Shown here: piece by piece, positions 37,691 to 50,500 of the stretch | How the letters are laid out: the number at the start of each line of letters is the position of its first letter | How positions within the stretch are numbered: the stretch's first letter is position 1 | Assembly (NCBI GenBank): GCA_002269645.1 | Contig: NIVC01000583.1 | Span: 124,001 to 188,000 of the forward strand | Reading direction: 5' to 3' | Length of the DNA: 64,000 bases | Source: Macrostomum lignano | Lineage: Eukaryota | Made by a program: the position numbers and the translations under genes | Notes under the pieces: model-generated | What the model was told of the DNA's origin: nothing | Databases searched by the model: none | Seen by the model: the letters and a program-made list of their open reading frames with translations, nothing else

Positions 37691-37921
37691 CCCAGTGGGA
37701 CTTTTCCGTCCGCCCCGGCGTCCGAGGCCCAAAAACTTGGATTGAAACGCGAGCTCCCGATCCGATAGCTCCGTGGCTGCACCAGACTGGCACACCCTGT
37801 TCCGCATGCCCTGTTCATTGAAATTGACAAGTGCTTGCAGTCGGGGCGTCAGGATGACATTGACCATGTCGGTGACTGCAGTTGTCCAATCTCCGCGCCG
37901 GCATAGATGGAGATGATTAAT
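37691..37921 (-). pseudogene. Next exon of the element-borne ORF (DUF4806-like); no stop before the TIR
   Basis: gaag|ATT phase-0 acceptor near 37922; INHLHLCRRGDWTTAVTDMVNVILTPRLQALVNFNEQG resembles DUF4806-type proteins from recall only; the frame runs through the left TIR to a stop at 37643. Confidence 0.4.
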
Positions 37922-38065
37922 CTTCACATAGTGAAGTGACAGTAAGTTGGGTTCCAGCTTAATTTCGATTAATATAGAAACGAAACTACTTTTACTACTT
38001 ACTCCTTAGAGGCAGTAGCAAGTAGGGGAATTTTTAAATTAAAATAGGTTAACACTGAAACTTAC

Positions 38066-38455
38066 CAAAGTCAAAACTCGCTCAGAAGGCAAATCACTGA
38101 GGAAGCGAGCATACTCCTCTAGTGAATTCAGAGGTTCAAAGAGCAAGCTGGCTGATTGCCCTGCCCGCTGATCCAGATGGGCCTGAATTCCAGCCAGTAT
38201 ATTGATGATCTGCTGCTGGCTTTCCTCCAGTTTCATTGTTTGCTGGACCAGCTCTCGCAGCTGAGACATGGAGGAATACGAGGCCGTCAGCGGCCCGAAC
38301 TGCAAGCGGACTGGCCCATCGCCAGCAGCAGGTGTGCCAGCATCAGCAGCAGTGCTCAGTAGAGTTTTTTGAAACGTCGATGCCTCTGCAGCTGCCTTTG
38401 CCGCTTCCGCTTTTGCCACTGCCGCCTTCGCTGCTGCCGCCTGTGCTTCTTTCGC
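38066..38455 (-). CDS. Exon of an element-borne ORF (Ala/Lys-rich region, coiled coil, start of a DUF4806-like segment)
   Basis: Long pyrimidine tract then tccacag|GCG..TTG|gtaagt, 130 codons, phase 0/0; ends LFEPLNSLEEYARFLSDLPSERVLTL. Confidence 0.6.
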
Positions 38456-38589
38456 CTGTGGAGTAGTGGAGCAGTTAGAGAAAACATGGAAACAGAGAAA
38501 ACTATAGAAAACAGAGGGAGAGAGGAGAGATGAAAAAGCAGTAGACAAGAAGACAGAGAGAGCAGCAGAGAGGACAGATGAAAGGGAGG

Positions 38590-41500
38590 CGGGGATAACA
38601 GAGTGAGAGTGTAGACAGATAGAAGGGGGGGAAACAGAGTAAGAGTGTAGACAGATAGAAGAGGGGATGGAGAACAGAGTGAGAGTGTAGACAGATAGAA
38701 GGGGGAGGGAGAACAGAGTGAGAGTGTAGACAGATAGAAGGGGGAGGGAGAACAGAGTGAGAGTGTAGACAGATAGAAGGGGGGATAACAGAGTGAGAGT
38801 GTAGACAGATAGAAGGGGGGGAGAACAGAGTGAGAGTGTAGACAGATAGAAGGGGAGGAGGGAGAACAGAGTGAGAGTGTAGACAGATAGAAGGGGGGAG
38901 AACAGAGTGAGAGTGTAGACAGATAGAAGGGGGGAGGGAGAACAGAGTGAGAGTGTAGACAGATAGAAGGGGGAGGGAGAACAGAGTGAGAGTGTAGACA
39001 GATAGAAGGGGGGAGGGAGAACAGAGTGAGAGTGTAGACAGATAGAAGGGGGAGGGAGAACAGAGTGAGAGTGTAGACAGATAGAAGGGGGGAGAACAGA
39101 GTGAGAGTGTAGACAGATAGAAGGGGGGATGGAGAACAGAGTGAGAGTGTAGACAGATAGAAGGGGGAGGGATAACAGAGTGAGAGTGTAGACAGATAGA
39201 AGGGGGGAGGGAGAACAGAGTGAGAGTGTAGACAGATAGAAGGGGGAGGGATAACAGAGTGAGAGTGTAGACAGATAGAAGGGGGGATAACAGAGTGAAA
39301 GTGTAGACAGATAGAAGGGGGAGGGAGAACAGAGTGAGAGTGTAGACAGATAGAAGGGGGGATAACAGAGTGAAAGTGTAGACAGATAGAAGGGGGGGAG
39401 AACAGAGTGAGAGTGTAGACAGATAGAAGGGGGATGGAGAACAGAGTGAGAGTGTAGACAGATAGAAGGGGGGAGGGAGAACAGAGTGAGAGTGTAGACA
39501 GATAGAAGGGGAGGAGGGAGAACAGAGTGAGAGTGTAGACAGATAGAAGGGGGGATAACAGAGTGAGAGTGTAGACAGATAGAAGGGGGGATAACAGAGT
39601 GAGAGTGTAGACAGATAGAAGGGGGGATAACAGAGTGAGAGTGTAGACAGATAGAAGGGGGAGGGAGAACAGAGTGAGAGTGTAGACAGATAGAAGGGGG
39701 TGGGATAACAGAGTGAGAGTGTAGACAGATAGAAGGGGGGATAACAGAGTGAAAGTGTAGACAGATAGAAGGGGGGATAACAGAGTGAGAGTGTAGACAG
39801 ATAGAAGGGGGAGGGATAACAGAGTGAGAGTGTAGACAGATAGAAGGGGGAGGGAGAACAGAGTGAGAGTGTAGACAGATAGAAGGGGGGATGGAGAACA
39901 GAGTGAGAGAGTAGACAGATAGAAGGGGGGAGGGAGAACAGAGTGAGAGTGTAGACAGATAGAAGGGGGGAGGGAGAACAGAGTGAGAGTGTAGACAGAT
40001 AGAAGGGGGAGGAGAACAGAGTGAGAGTGTAGACAGATAGAAGGGGGGATAACAGAGTGAAAGTGTAGACAGATAGAAGGGGGAGGGAGAACAGAGTGAG
40101 AGTGTAGACAGATAGAAGGGGGAGGGAGAACAGAGTGAGAGTGTAGACAGATAGAAGGGGAGGAGGGAGAACAGAGTGAGAGTGTAGACAGATAGAAGGG
40201 GGGATAACAGAGTGAGAGTGTAGACAGATAGAAGGGGGGATAACAGAGTGAGAGTGTAGACAGATAAGAAGGGGGGAGGGAGAACAGAGTGAGAGTGTAG
40301 ACAGATAGAAGGGGGAGGGAGAACAGAGTGAGAGTGTAGACAGATAGAAGGGGGGGGATAACAGAGTGAGAGTGTAGACAGATAGAAGGGGGGATAACAG
40401 AGTGAAAGTGTAGACAGATAGAAGGGGGGATAACAGAGTGAGAGTGTAGACAGATAGAAGGGGGAGGGAGAACAGAGTGAGAGTGTAGACAGATAGAAGG
40501 GGGAGGGAGAACAGAGTGAGAGTGTAGACAGATAGAAGGGGGAGGGAGAACAGAGTGAGAGTGTAGACAGATAGAAGGGGGGAGGGAGAACAGAGTGAGA
40601 GTGTAGACAGATAGAAGGGGGAGGGAGAACAGAGTGAGAGTGTAGACAGATAGAAGGGGGATGGAGAACAGAGTGAGAGTGTAGACAGATAGAAGGGGGG
40701 AGGGAGAACAGAGTGAGAGTGTAGACAGATAGAAGGGGGGGATAACAGAGTGAGAGTGTAGACAGATAGAAGGGGGAGGGATAACAGAGTGAGAGTGTAG
40801 ACAGATAGAAGGGGGAGGGATAACAGAGTGAGAGTGTAGACAGATAGAAGGGGGAGGGAGAACAGAGTGAGAGTGTAGACAGATAGAAGGGGGAGGGATA
40901 ACAGAGTGAGAGTGTAGACAGATAGAAGGGGGGATAACAGAGTGAAAGTGTAGACAGATAGAAGGGGGAGGGAGAACAGAGTGAGAGTGTAGACAGATAG
41001 AAGGGGGAGGGAGAACAGAGTGAGAGTGTAGACAGATAGAAGGGGGGAGGGAGAACAGAGTGAGAGTGTAGACAGATAGAAGGGGGAGGGAGAACAGAGT
41101 GAGAGTGTAGACAGATAGAAGGGGGGGAGAACAGAGTGAGAGTGTAGACAGATAGAAGGGGGGGGAGAACAGAGTGAGAGTGTAGACAGATAGAAGGGGG
41201 GAGGGAGAACAGAGTGAGAGTGTAGACAGATAGAAGGGGGGATAACAGAGTGAGAGTGTAGACAGATAGAAGGGGAGGGAGAACAGAGTGAGAGTGTAGA
41301 CAGATAGAAGGGGGAGGGAGAACAGAGTGAGAGTGTAGACAGATAGAAGGGGGGATAACAGAGTGAGAGTGTAGACAGATAGAAGGGGAGGGAGAACAGA
41401 GTGAGAGTGTAGACAGATAGAAGGGGGAGGAGAACAGAGTGAGAGTGTAGACAGATAGAAGGGGGAGGGAGAACAGAGTGAGAGTGTAGACAGATAGAAG

Positions 41501-44500
41501 GGGGAGGGAGAACAGAGTGAGAGTGTAGACAGATAGAAGGGGGGATAACAGAGTGAGAGTGTAGACAGATAGAAGGGGGAGGGAGAACAGAGTGAGAGTG
41601 TAGACAGATAGAAGGGGGAGGGATAACAGAGTGAGAGTGTAGACAGATAGAAGGGGGATGGAGAACAGAGTGAGAGTGTAGACAGATAGAAGGGGGAGGG
41701 ATAACAGAGTGAGAGTGTAGACAGATAGAAGGGGGGATAACAGAGTGAAAGTGTAGACAGATAGAAGGGGGAGGGAGAACAGAGTGAGAGTGTAGACAGA
41801 TAGAAGGGGGGATAACAGAGTGAGAGTGTAGACAGATAGAAGGGGGGAGAACAGAGTGAGAGTGTAGACAGATAGAAGGGGGAGGGAGAACAGAGTGAGA
41901 GTGTAGACAGATAGAAGGGGGGAGGGAGAACAGAGTGAGAGTGTAGACAGATAGAAGGGGGAGGGAGAACAGAGTGAGAGTGTAGACAGATAGAAGGGGG
42001 AGGGAGAACAGAGTGAGAGTGTAGACAGATAGAAGGGGGGGGAGAACAGAGTGAGAGTGTAGACAGATAGAAGGGGGAGGAGAACAGAGTGAGAGTGTAG
42101 ACAGATAGAAGGGGGAGGGAGAACAGAGTGAGAGTGTAGACAGATAGAAGGGGGGATAACAGAGTGAGAGTGTAGACAGATAGAAGGGGGGATAACAGAG
42201 TGAGAGTGTAGACAGATAGAAGGGGGGATAACAGAGTGAGAGTGTAGACAGATAGAAGGGGGAGGGAGAACAGAGTGAGAGTGTAGACAGATAGAAGGGG
42301 GGGGATAACAGAGTGAGAGTGTAGACAGATAGAAGGGGGGGATAACAGAGTGAGAGTGTAGACAGATAGAAGGGGGGATAACAGAGTGAGAGTGTAGACA
42401 GATAGAAGGGGGGGATAACAGAGTGAGAGTGTAGACAGATAGAAGGGGGAGGGATAACAGAGTGAGAGTGTAGACAGATAGAAGGGGGAGGGAGAACAGA
42501 GTGAGAGTGTAGACAGATAGAAGGGGGGATAACAGAGTGAGAGTGTAGACAGATAGAAGGGGGGATAACAGAGTGAGAGTGTAGACAGATAGAAGGGGGA
42601 GGGAGAACAGAGTGAGAGTGTAGACAGATAGAAGGGGGAGGGAGAACAGAGTGAGAGTGTAGACAGATAGAAGGGGGAGGGAGAACAGAGTGAGAGTGTA
42701 GACAGATAGAAGGGGGGATAACAGAGTGAGAGTGTAGACAGATAGAAGGGGGGATAACAGAGTGAGAGTGTAGACAGATAGAAGGGGAGGGAGAACAGAG
42801 TGAGAGTGTAGACAGATAGAAGGGGGAGGGAGAACAGAGTGAGAGTGTAGACAGATAGAAGGGGGGATAACAGAGTGAGAGTGTAGACAGATAGAAGGGG
42901 GGATAACAGAGTGAGAGTGTAGACAGATAGAAGGGGGGGGATAACAGAGTGAGAGTGTAGACAGATAGAAGGGGGAGGGATAACAGAGTGAGAGTGTAGA
43001 CAGATAGAAGGGGGAGGGAGAACAGAGTGAGAGTGTAGACAGATAGAAGGGGGGATAACAGAGTGAGAGTGTAGACAGATAGAAGGGGGGATAACAGAGT
43101 GAGAGTGTAGACAGATAGAAGGGGGAGGGAGAACAGAGTGAGAGTGTAGACAGATAGAAGGGGGGAGGGAGAACAGAGTGAGAGTGTAGACAGATAGAAG
43201 GGGGAGGGAGAACAGAGTGAGAGTGTAGACAGATAGAAGGGGGAGGGAGAACAGAGTGAGAGTGTAGACAGATAGAAGGGGGAGGGAGAACAGAGTGAGA
43301 GTGTAGACAGATAGAAGGGGGAGGGAGAACAGAGTGAGAGTGTAGACAGATAGAAGGGGGGGGAGAACAGAGTGAGAGTGTAGACAGATAGAAGGGGGAG
43401 GAGAACAGAGTGAGAGTGTAGACAGATAGAAGGGGGAGGGAGAACAGAGTGAGAGTGTAGACAGATAGAAGGGGGGGAGAACAGAGTGAGAGTGTAGACA
43501 GATAGAAGGGGGAGGGAGAACAGAGTGAGAGTGTAGACAGATAGAAGGGGGAGGGAGAACAGAGTGAGAGTGTAGACAGATAGAAGGGGGAGGGAGAACA
43601 GAGTGAGAGTGTAGACAGATAGAAGGGGGAGGGAACAGAGTGAGAGTGTAGACAGATAGAAGGGGGAGGGAAACAGAGTGAGAGTGTAGACAGATAGAAG
43701 GGGGGGATAACAGAGTGAGAGTGTAGACAGATAGAAGGGGGAGGGAAACAGAGTGAGAGTGTAGACAGATAGAAGGGGGAGGGAGAACAGAGTGAGAGTG
43801 TAGACAGATAGAAGGGGGGAGAACAGAGTGAGAGTGTAGACAGATAGAAGGGGGAGGGAAACAGAGTGAGAGTGTAGACAGATAGAAGGGGGAGGGAGAA
43901 CAGAGTGAGAGTGTAGACAGATAGAAGGGGGAGGGAGAACAGAGTGAGAGTGTAGACAGATAGAAGGGGGAGGGAGAACAGAGTGAGAGTGTAGACAGAT
44001 AGAAGGGGGAGGGAGAACAGAGTGAGAGTGTAGACAGATAGAAGGGGGGGGAGAACAGAGTGAGAGTGTAGACAGATAGAAGGGGGAGGGAGAACAGAGT
44101 GAGAGTGTAGACAGATAGAAGGGGGAGAACAGAGTGAGAGTGTAGACAGATAGAAGGGGGGAGAACAGAGTGAGAGTGTAGACAGATAGAAGGGGGGATA
44201 ACAGAGTGAGAGTGTAGACAGATAGAAGGGGGGGATAACAGAGTGAGAGTGTAGACAGATAGAAGGGGGGGATAACAGAGTGAGAGTGTAGACAGATAGA
44301 AGGGGGGGAGAACAGAGTGAGAGTGTAGACAGATAGAAGGGGGGATAACAGAGTGAGAGTGTAGACAGATAGAAGGGGGGGATAACAGAGTGAGAGTGTA
44401 GACAGATAGAAGGGGAGGGATAACAGAGTGAGAGTGTAGACAGATAGAAGGGGGAGGGATAACAGAGTGAGAGTGTAGACAGATAGAAGGGGGGATAACA

Positions 44501-47500
44501 GAGTGAGAGTGTAGACAGATAGAAGGGGGGATAACAGAGTGAGAGTGTAGACAGATAGAAGGGGGGGGATAACAGAGTGAGAGTGTAGACAGATAGAAGG
44601 GGGAGGGATAACAGAGTGAGAGTGTAGACAGATAGAAGGGGGAGGGAGAACAGAGTGAGAGTGTAGACAGATAGAAGGGGGAGGGAGAACAGAGTGAGAG
44701 TGTAGACAGATAGAAGGGGGAGGGAGAACAGAGTGAGAGTGTAGACAGATAGAAGGGGAGGGAGAACAGAGTGAGAGTGTAGACAGATAGAAGGGGGAGG
44801 GAGAACAGAGTGAGAGTGTAGACAGATAGAAGGGGGAGGGAGAACAGAGTGAGAGTGTAGACAGATAGAAGGGGGAGGGAGAACAGAGTGAGAGTGTAGA
44901 CAGATAGAAGGGGGTGGGATAACAGAGTGAGAGTGTAGACAGATAGAAGGGGGGATAACAGAGTGAAAGTGTAGACAGATAGAAGGGGGGATAACAGAGT
45001 GAGAGTGTAGACAGATAGAAGGGGAGGGATAACAGAGTGAGAGTGTAGACAGATAGAAGGGGGAGGGAGAACAGAGTGAGAGTGTAGACAGATAGAAGGG
45101 GGAGGGAGAACAGAGTGAGAGTGTAGACAGATAGAAGGGGGAGGGAGAACAGAGTGAGAGTGTAGACAGATAGAAGGGGGAGGGAGAACAGAGTGAGAGT
45201 GTAGACAGATAGAAGGGGGAGGGAGAACAGAGTGAGAGTGTAGACAGATAGAAGGGGGAGGGAGAACAGAGTGAGAGTGTAGACAGATAGAAGGGGGAGG
45301 GAGAACAGAGTGAGAGTGTAGACAGATAGAAGGGGGGAGAACAGAGTGAGAGTGTAGACAGATAGAAGGGGGGATAACAGAGTGAGAGTGTAGACAGATA
45401 GAAGGGGGGGATAACAGAGTGAGAGTGTAGACAGATAGAAGGGGGGGAGAACAGAGTGAGAGTGTAGACAGATAGAAGGGGGGAGAACAGAGTGAGAGTG
45501 TAGACAGATAGAAGGGGGAGGGAGAACAGAGTGAGAGTGTAGACAGATAGAAGGGGGAGGGAGAACAGAGTGAGAGTGTAGACAGATAGAAGGGGGAGGG
45601 ATAACAGAGTGAGAGTGTAGACAGATAGAAGGGGGAGGGAACAGAGTGAGAGTGTAGACAGATAGAAGGGGGGAGAACAGAGTGAGAGTGTAGACAGATA
45701 GAAGGGGGGATAACAGAGTGAGAGTGTAGACAGATAGAAGGGGGGAAACAGAGTGAGAGTGTAGACAGATAGAAGGGGGAGGGAGAACAGAGTGAGAGTG
45801 TAGACAGATAGAAGGGGGAGGGAGAACAGAGTGAGAGTGTAGACAGATAGAAGGGGGAGGGAGAACAGAGTGAGAGTGTAGACAGATAGAAGGGGGAGGG
45901 AGAACAGAGTGAGAGTGTAGACAGATAGAAGGGGGAGGGAGAACAGAGTGAGAGTGTAGACAGATAGAAGGGGGAGGGAGAACAGAGTGAGAGTGTAGAC
46001 AGATAGAAGGGGGGAGAACAGAGTGAGAGTGTAGACAGATAGAAGGGGGGATAACAGAGTGAGAGTGTAGACAGATAGAAGGGGGAGGGAGAACAGAGTG
46101 AGAGTGTAGACAGATAGAAGGGGGAGGGAGAACAGAGTGAGAGTGTAGACAGATAGAAGGGGGGGAACAGAGTGAGAGTGTAGACAGATAGAAGGGGGGA
46201 TAACAGAGTGAGAGTGTAGACAGATAGAAGGGGGGGATAACAGAGTGAGAGTGTAGACAGATAGAAGGGGGGAGAACAGAGTGAGAGTGTAGACAGATAG
46301 AAGGGGGGGAGAACAGAGTGAGAGTGTAGACAGATAGAAGGGGGAGGGAGAACAGAGTGAGAGTGTAGACAGATAGAAGGGGGAGGGAGAACAGAGTGAG
46401 AGTGTAGACAGATAGAAGGGGGAGGGAGAACAGAGTGAGAGTGTAGACAGATAGAAGGGGGAGGGAGAACAGAGTGAGAGTGTAGACAGATAGAAGGGGG
46501 AGGGAGAACAGAGTGAGAGTGTAGACAGATAGAAGGGGGAGGGAGAACAGAGTGAGAGTGTAGACAGATAGAAGGGGGGGAGAACAGAGTGAGAGTGTAG
46601 ACAGATAGAAGGGGGAGGGAGAACAGAGTGAGAGTGTAGACAGATAGAAGGGGGGAGGGAGAACAGAGTGAGAGTGTAGACAGATAGAAGGGGGAGGGAG
46701 AACAGAGTGAGAGTGTAGACAGATAGAAGGGGGAGAACAGAGTGAGAGTGTAGACAGATAGAAGGGGGGATAACAGAGTGAGAGTGTAGACAGATAGAAG
46801 GGGGAGGGAGAACAGAGTGAGAGTGTAGACAGATAGAAGGGGGGAGAACAGAGTGAGAGTGTAGACAGATAGAAGGGGGAGAAACAGAGTGAGAGTGTAG
46901 ACAGATAGAAGGGGGAGGGAACAGAGTGAGAGTGTAGACAGATAGAAGGGGGGATAACAGAGTGAGAGTGTAGACAGATAGAAGGGGGGGGAGAACAGAG
47001 TGAGAGTGTAGACAGATAGAAGGGGGGATAACAGAGTGAGAGTGTAGACAGATAGAAGGGGGGATAACAGAGTGAGAGTGTAGACAGATAGAAGGGGGAT
47101 AACAGAGTGAGAGTGTAGACAGATAGAAGGGGGGAGAACAGAGTGAGAGTGTAGACAGATAGAAGGGGGAGGGAGAACAGAGTGAGAGTGTAGACAGATA
47201 GAAGGGGGGGGAGAACAGAGTGAGAGTGTAGACAGATAGAAGGGGGTGGGATAACAGAGTGAGAGTGTAGACAGATAGAAGGGGGGATAACAGAGTGAAA
47301 GTGTAGACAGATAGAAGGGGGGGATAACAGAGTGAGAGTGTAGACAGATAGAAGGGGGGGAGAACAGAGTGAGAGTGTAGACAGATAGAAGGGGGAGGGA
47401 GAACAGAGTGAGAGTGTAGACAGATAGAAGGGGGAGGGATAACAGAGTGAGAGTGTAGACAGATAGAAGGGGGGAGAACAGAGTGAGAGTGTAGACAGAT

Positions 47501-50500
47501 AGAAGGGGGGATAACAGAGTGAGAGTGTAGACAGATAGAAGGGGGGAAACAGAGTGAGAGTGTAGACAGATAGAAGGGGGAGGGAAACAGAGTGAGAGTG
47601 TAGACAGATAGAAGGGGGAGGGAGAACAGAGTGAGAGTGTAGACAGATAGAAGGGGGAGGGAGAACAGAGTGAGAGTGTAGACAGATAGAAGGGGGAGGG
47701 AGAACAGAGTGAGAGTGTAGACAGATAGAAGGGGGAGGGAGAACAGAGTGAGAGTGTAGACAGATAGAAGGGGGAGGGAGAACAGAGTGAGAGTGTAGAC
47801 AGATAGAAGGGGGAGGGAGAACAGAGTGAGAGTGTAGACAGATAGAAGGGGGGAGGGAGAACAGAGTGAGAGTGTAGACAGATAGAAGGGGGGATAACAG
47901 AGTGAGAGTGTAGACAGATAGAAGGGGGGGATAACAGAGTGAGAGTGTAGACAGATAGAAGGGGGGGAGAACAGAGTGAGAGTGTAGACAGATAGAAGGG
48001 GAGGGAGAACAGAGTGAGAGTGTAGACAGATAGAAGGGGGATAGAACAGAGTGAGAGTGTAGACAGATAGAAGGGGGGATAACAGAGTGAGAGTGTAGAC
48101 AGATAGAAGGGGGGATAACAGAGTGAGAGTGTAGACAGATAGAAGGGGGAGAACAGAGTGAGAGTGTAGACAGATAGAAGGGGGGAGGGAGAACAGAGTG
48201 AGAGTGTAGACAGATAGAAGGGGGGATAACAGAGTGAGAGTGTAGACAGATAGAAGGGGGATAACAGAGTGAGAGTGTAGACAGATAGAAGGGGGGGAGG
48301 GAGAACAGAGTGAGAGTGTAGACAGATAGAAGGGGGAGGGAGAACAGAGTGAGAGTGTAGACAGATAGAAGGGGGAGGGAGAACAGAGTGAGAGTGTAGA
48401 CAGATAGAAGGGGGAGGGAGAACAGAGTGAGAGTGTAGACAGATAGAAGGGGGGGAGAACAGAGTGAGAGTGTAGACAGATAGAAGGGGGGGGAGAACAG
48501 AGTGAGAGTGTAGACAGATAGAAGGGGGGGGATAACAGAGTGAGAGTGTAGACAGATAGAAGGGGGGGATAACAGAGTGAGAGTGTAGACAGATAGAAGG
48601 GGGGATAACAGAGTGAGAGTGTAGACAGATAGAAGGGGGGGATAACAGAGTGAGAGTGTAGACAGATAGAAGGGGGAGGGAGAACAGAGTGAGAGTGTAG
48701 ACAGATAGAAGGGGGAGGGAACAGAGTGAGAGTGTAGACAGATAGAAGGGGGAGGGAGAACAGAGTGAGAGTGTAGACAGATAGAAGGGGGGAGGGAGAA
48801 CAGAGTGAGAGTGTAGACAGATAGAAGGGGGAGGGAGAACAGAGTGAGAGTGTAGACAGATAGAAGGGGGAGGGAGAACAGAGTGAGAGTGTAGACAGAT
48901 AGAAGGGGGAGGGAGAACAGAGTGAGAGTGTAGACAGATAGAAGGGGGAGGGAGAACAGAGTGAGAGTGTAGACAGATAGAAGGGGGAGGGAGAACAGAG
49001 TGAGAGTGTAGACAGATAGAAGGGGGAGGGAGAACAGAGTGAGAGTGTAGACAGATAGAAGGGGGGATAACAGAGTGAGAGTGTAGACAGATAGAAGGGG
49101 GGGAGAACAGAGTGAGAGTGTAGACAGATAGAAGGGGGGGAGAACAGAGTGAGAGTGTAGACAGATAGAAGGGGGTGGGATAACAGAGTGAGAGTGTAGA
49201 CAGATAGAAGGGGGGATAACAGAGTGAGAGTGTAGACAGATAGAAGGGGGGGATAACAGAGTGAGAGTGTAGACAGATAGAAGGGGGAGGGATAACAGAG
49301 TGAGAGTGTAGACAGATAGAAGGGGGGGAGAACAGAGTGAGAGTGTAGACAGATAGAAGGGGGGATAACAGAGTGAGAGTGTAGACAGATAGAAGGGGGG
49401 ATAACAGAGTGAGAGTGTAGACAGATAGAAGGGGGAGGGATAACAGAGTGAGAGTGTAGACAGATAGAAGGGGGAGGGAGAACAGAGTGAGAGTGTAGAC
49501 AGATAGAAGGGGGAGGGAAACAGAGTGAGAGTGTAGACAGATAGAAGGGGGAGGAGAACAGAGTGAGAGTGTAGACAGATAGAAGGGGGAGGGAGAACAG
49601 AGTGAGAGTGTAGACAGATAGAAGGGGGGATAACAGAGTGAGAGTGTAGACAGATAGAAGGGGGGGGAGAACAGAGTGAGAGTGTAGACAGATAGAAGGG
49701 GGAGGGAGAACAGAGTGAGAGTGTAGACAGATAGAAGGGGGAGGGAGAACAGAGTGAGAGTGTAGACAGATAGAAGGGGGAGAACAGAGTGAGAGTGTAG
49801 ACAGATAGAAGGGGGGATAACAGAGTGAGAGTGTAGACAGATAGAAGGGGGGGGAGAACAGAGTGAGAGTGTAGACAGATAGAAGGGGGATAGAACAGAG
49901 TGAGAGTGTAGACAGATAGAAGGGGGGGGAGAACAGAGTGAGAGTGTAGACAGATAGAAGGGGGAGGGAGAACAGAGTGAGAGTGTAGACAGATAGAAGG
50001 GGGGGGAGAACAGAGTGAGAGTGTAGACAGATAGAAGGGGGAGGGAGAACAGAGTGAGAGTGTAGACAGATAGAAGGGGGAGGGAACAGAGTGAGAGTGT
50101 AGACAGATAGAAGGGGGGAAACAGAGTGAGAGTGTAGACAGATAGAAGGGGGGGATAACAGAGTGAGAGTGTAGACAGATAGAAGGGGGAGATAACAGAG
50201 TGAGAGTGTAGACAGATAGAAGGGGGGGGAAACAGAGTGAGAGTGTAGACAGATAGAAGGGGGGGAGAACAGAGTGAGAGTGTAGACAGATAGAAGGGGG
50301 ATAACAGAGTGAGAGTGTAGACAGATAGAAGGGGGATAGAACAGAGTGAGAGTGTAGACAGATAGAAGGGGGGGATAACAGAGTGAGAGTGTAGACAGAT
50401 AGAAGGGGGGATAACAGAGTGAGAGTGTAGACAGATAGAAGGGGGGGATAACAGAGTGAGAGTGTAGACAGATAGAAGGGGGAGGGAGAACAGAGTGAGA

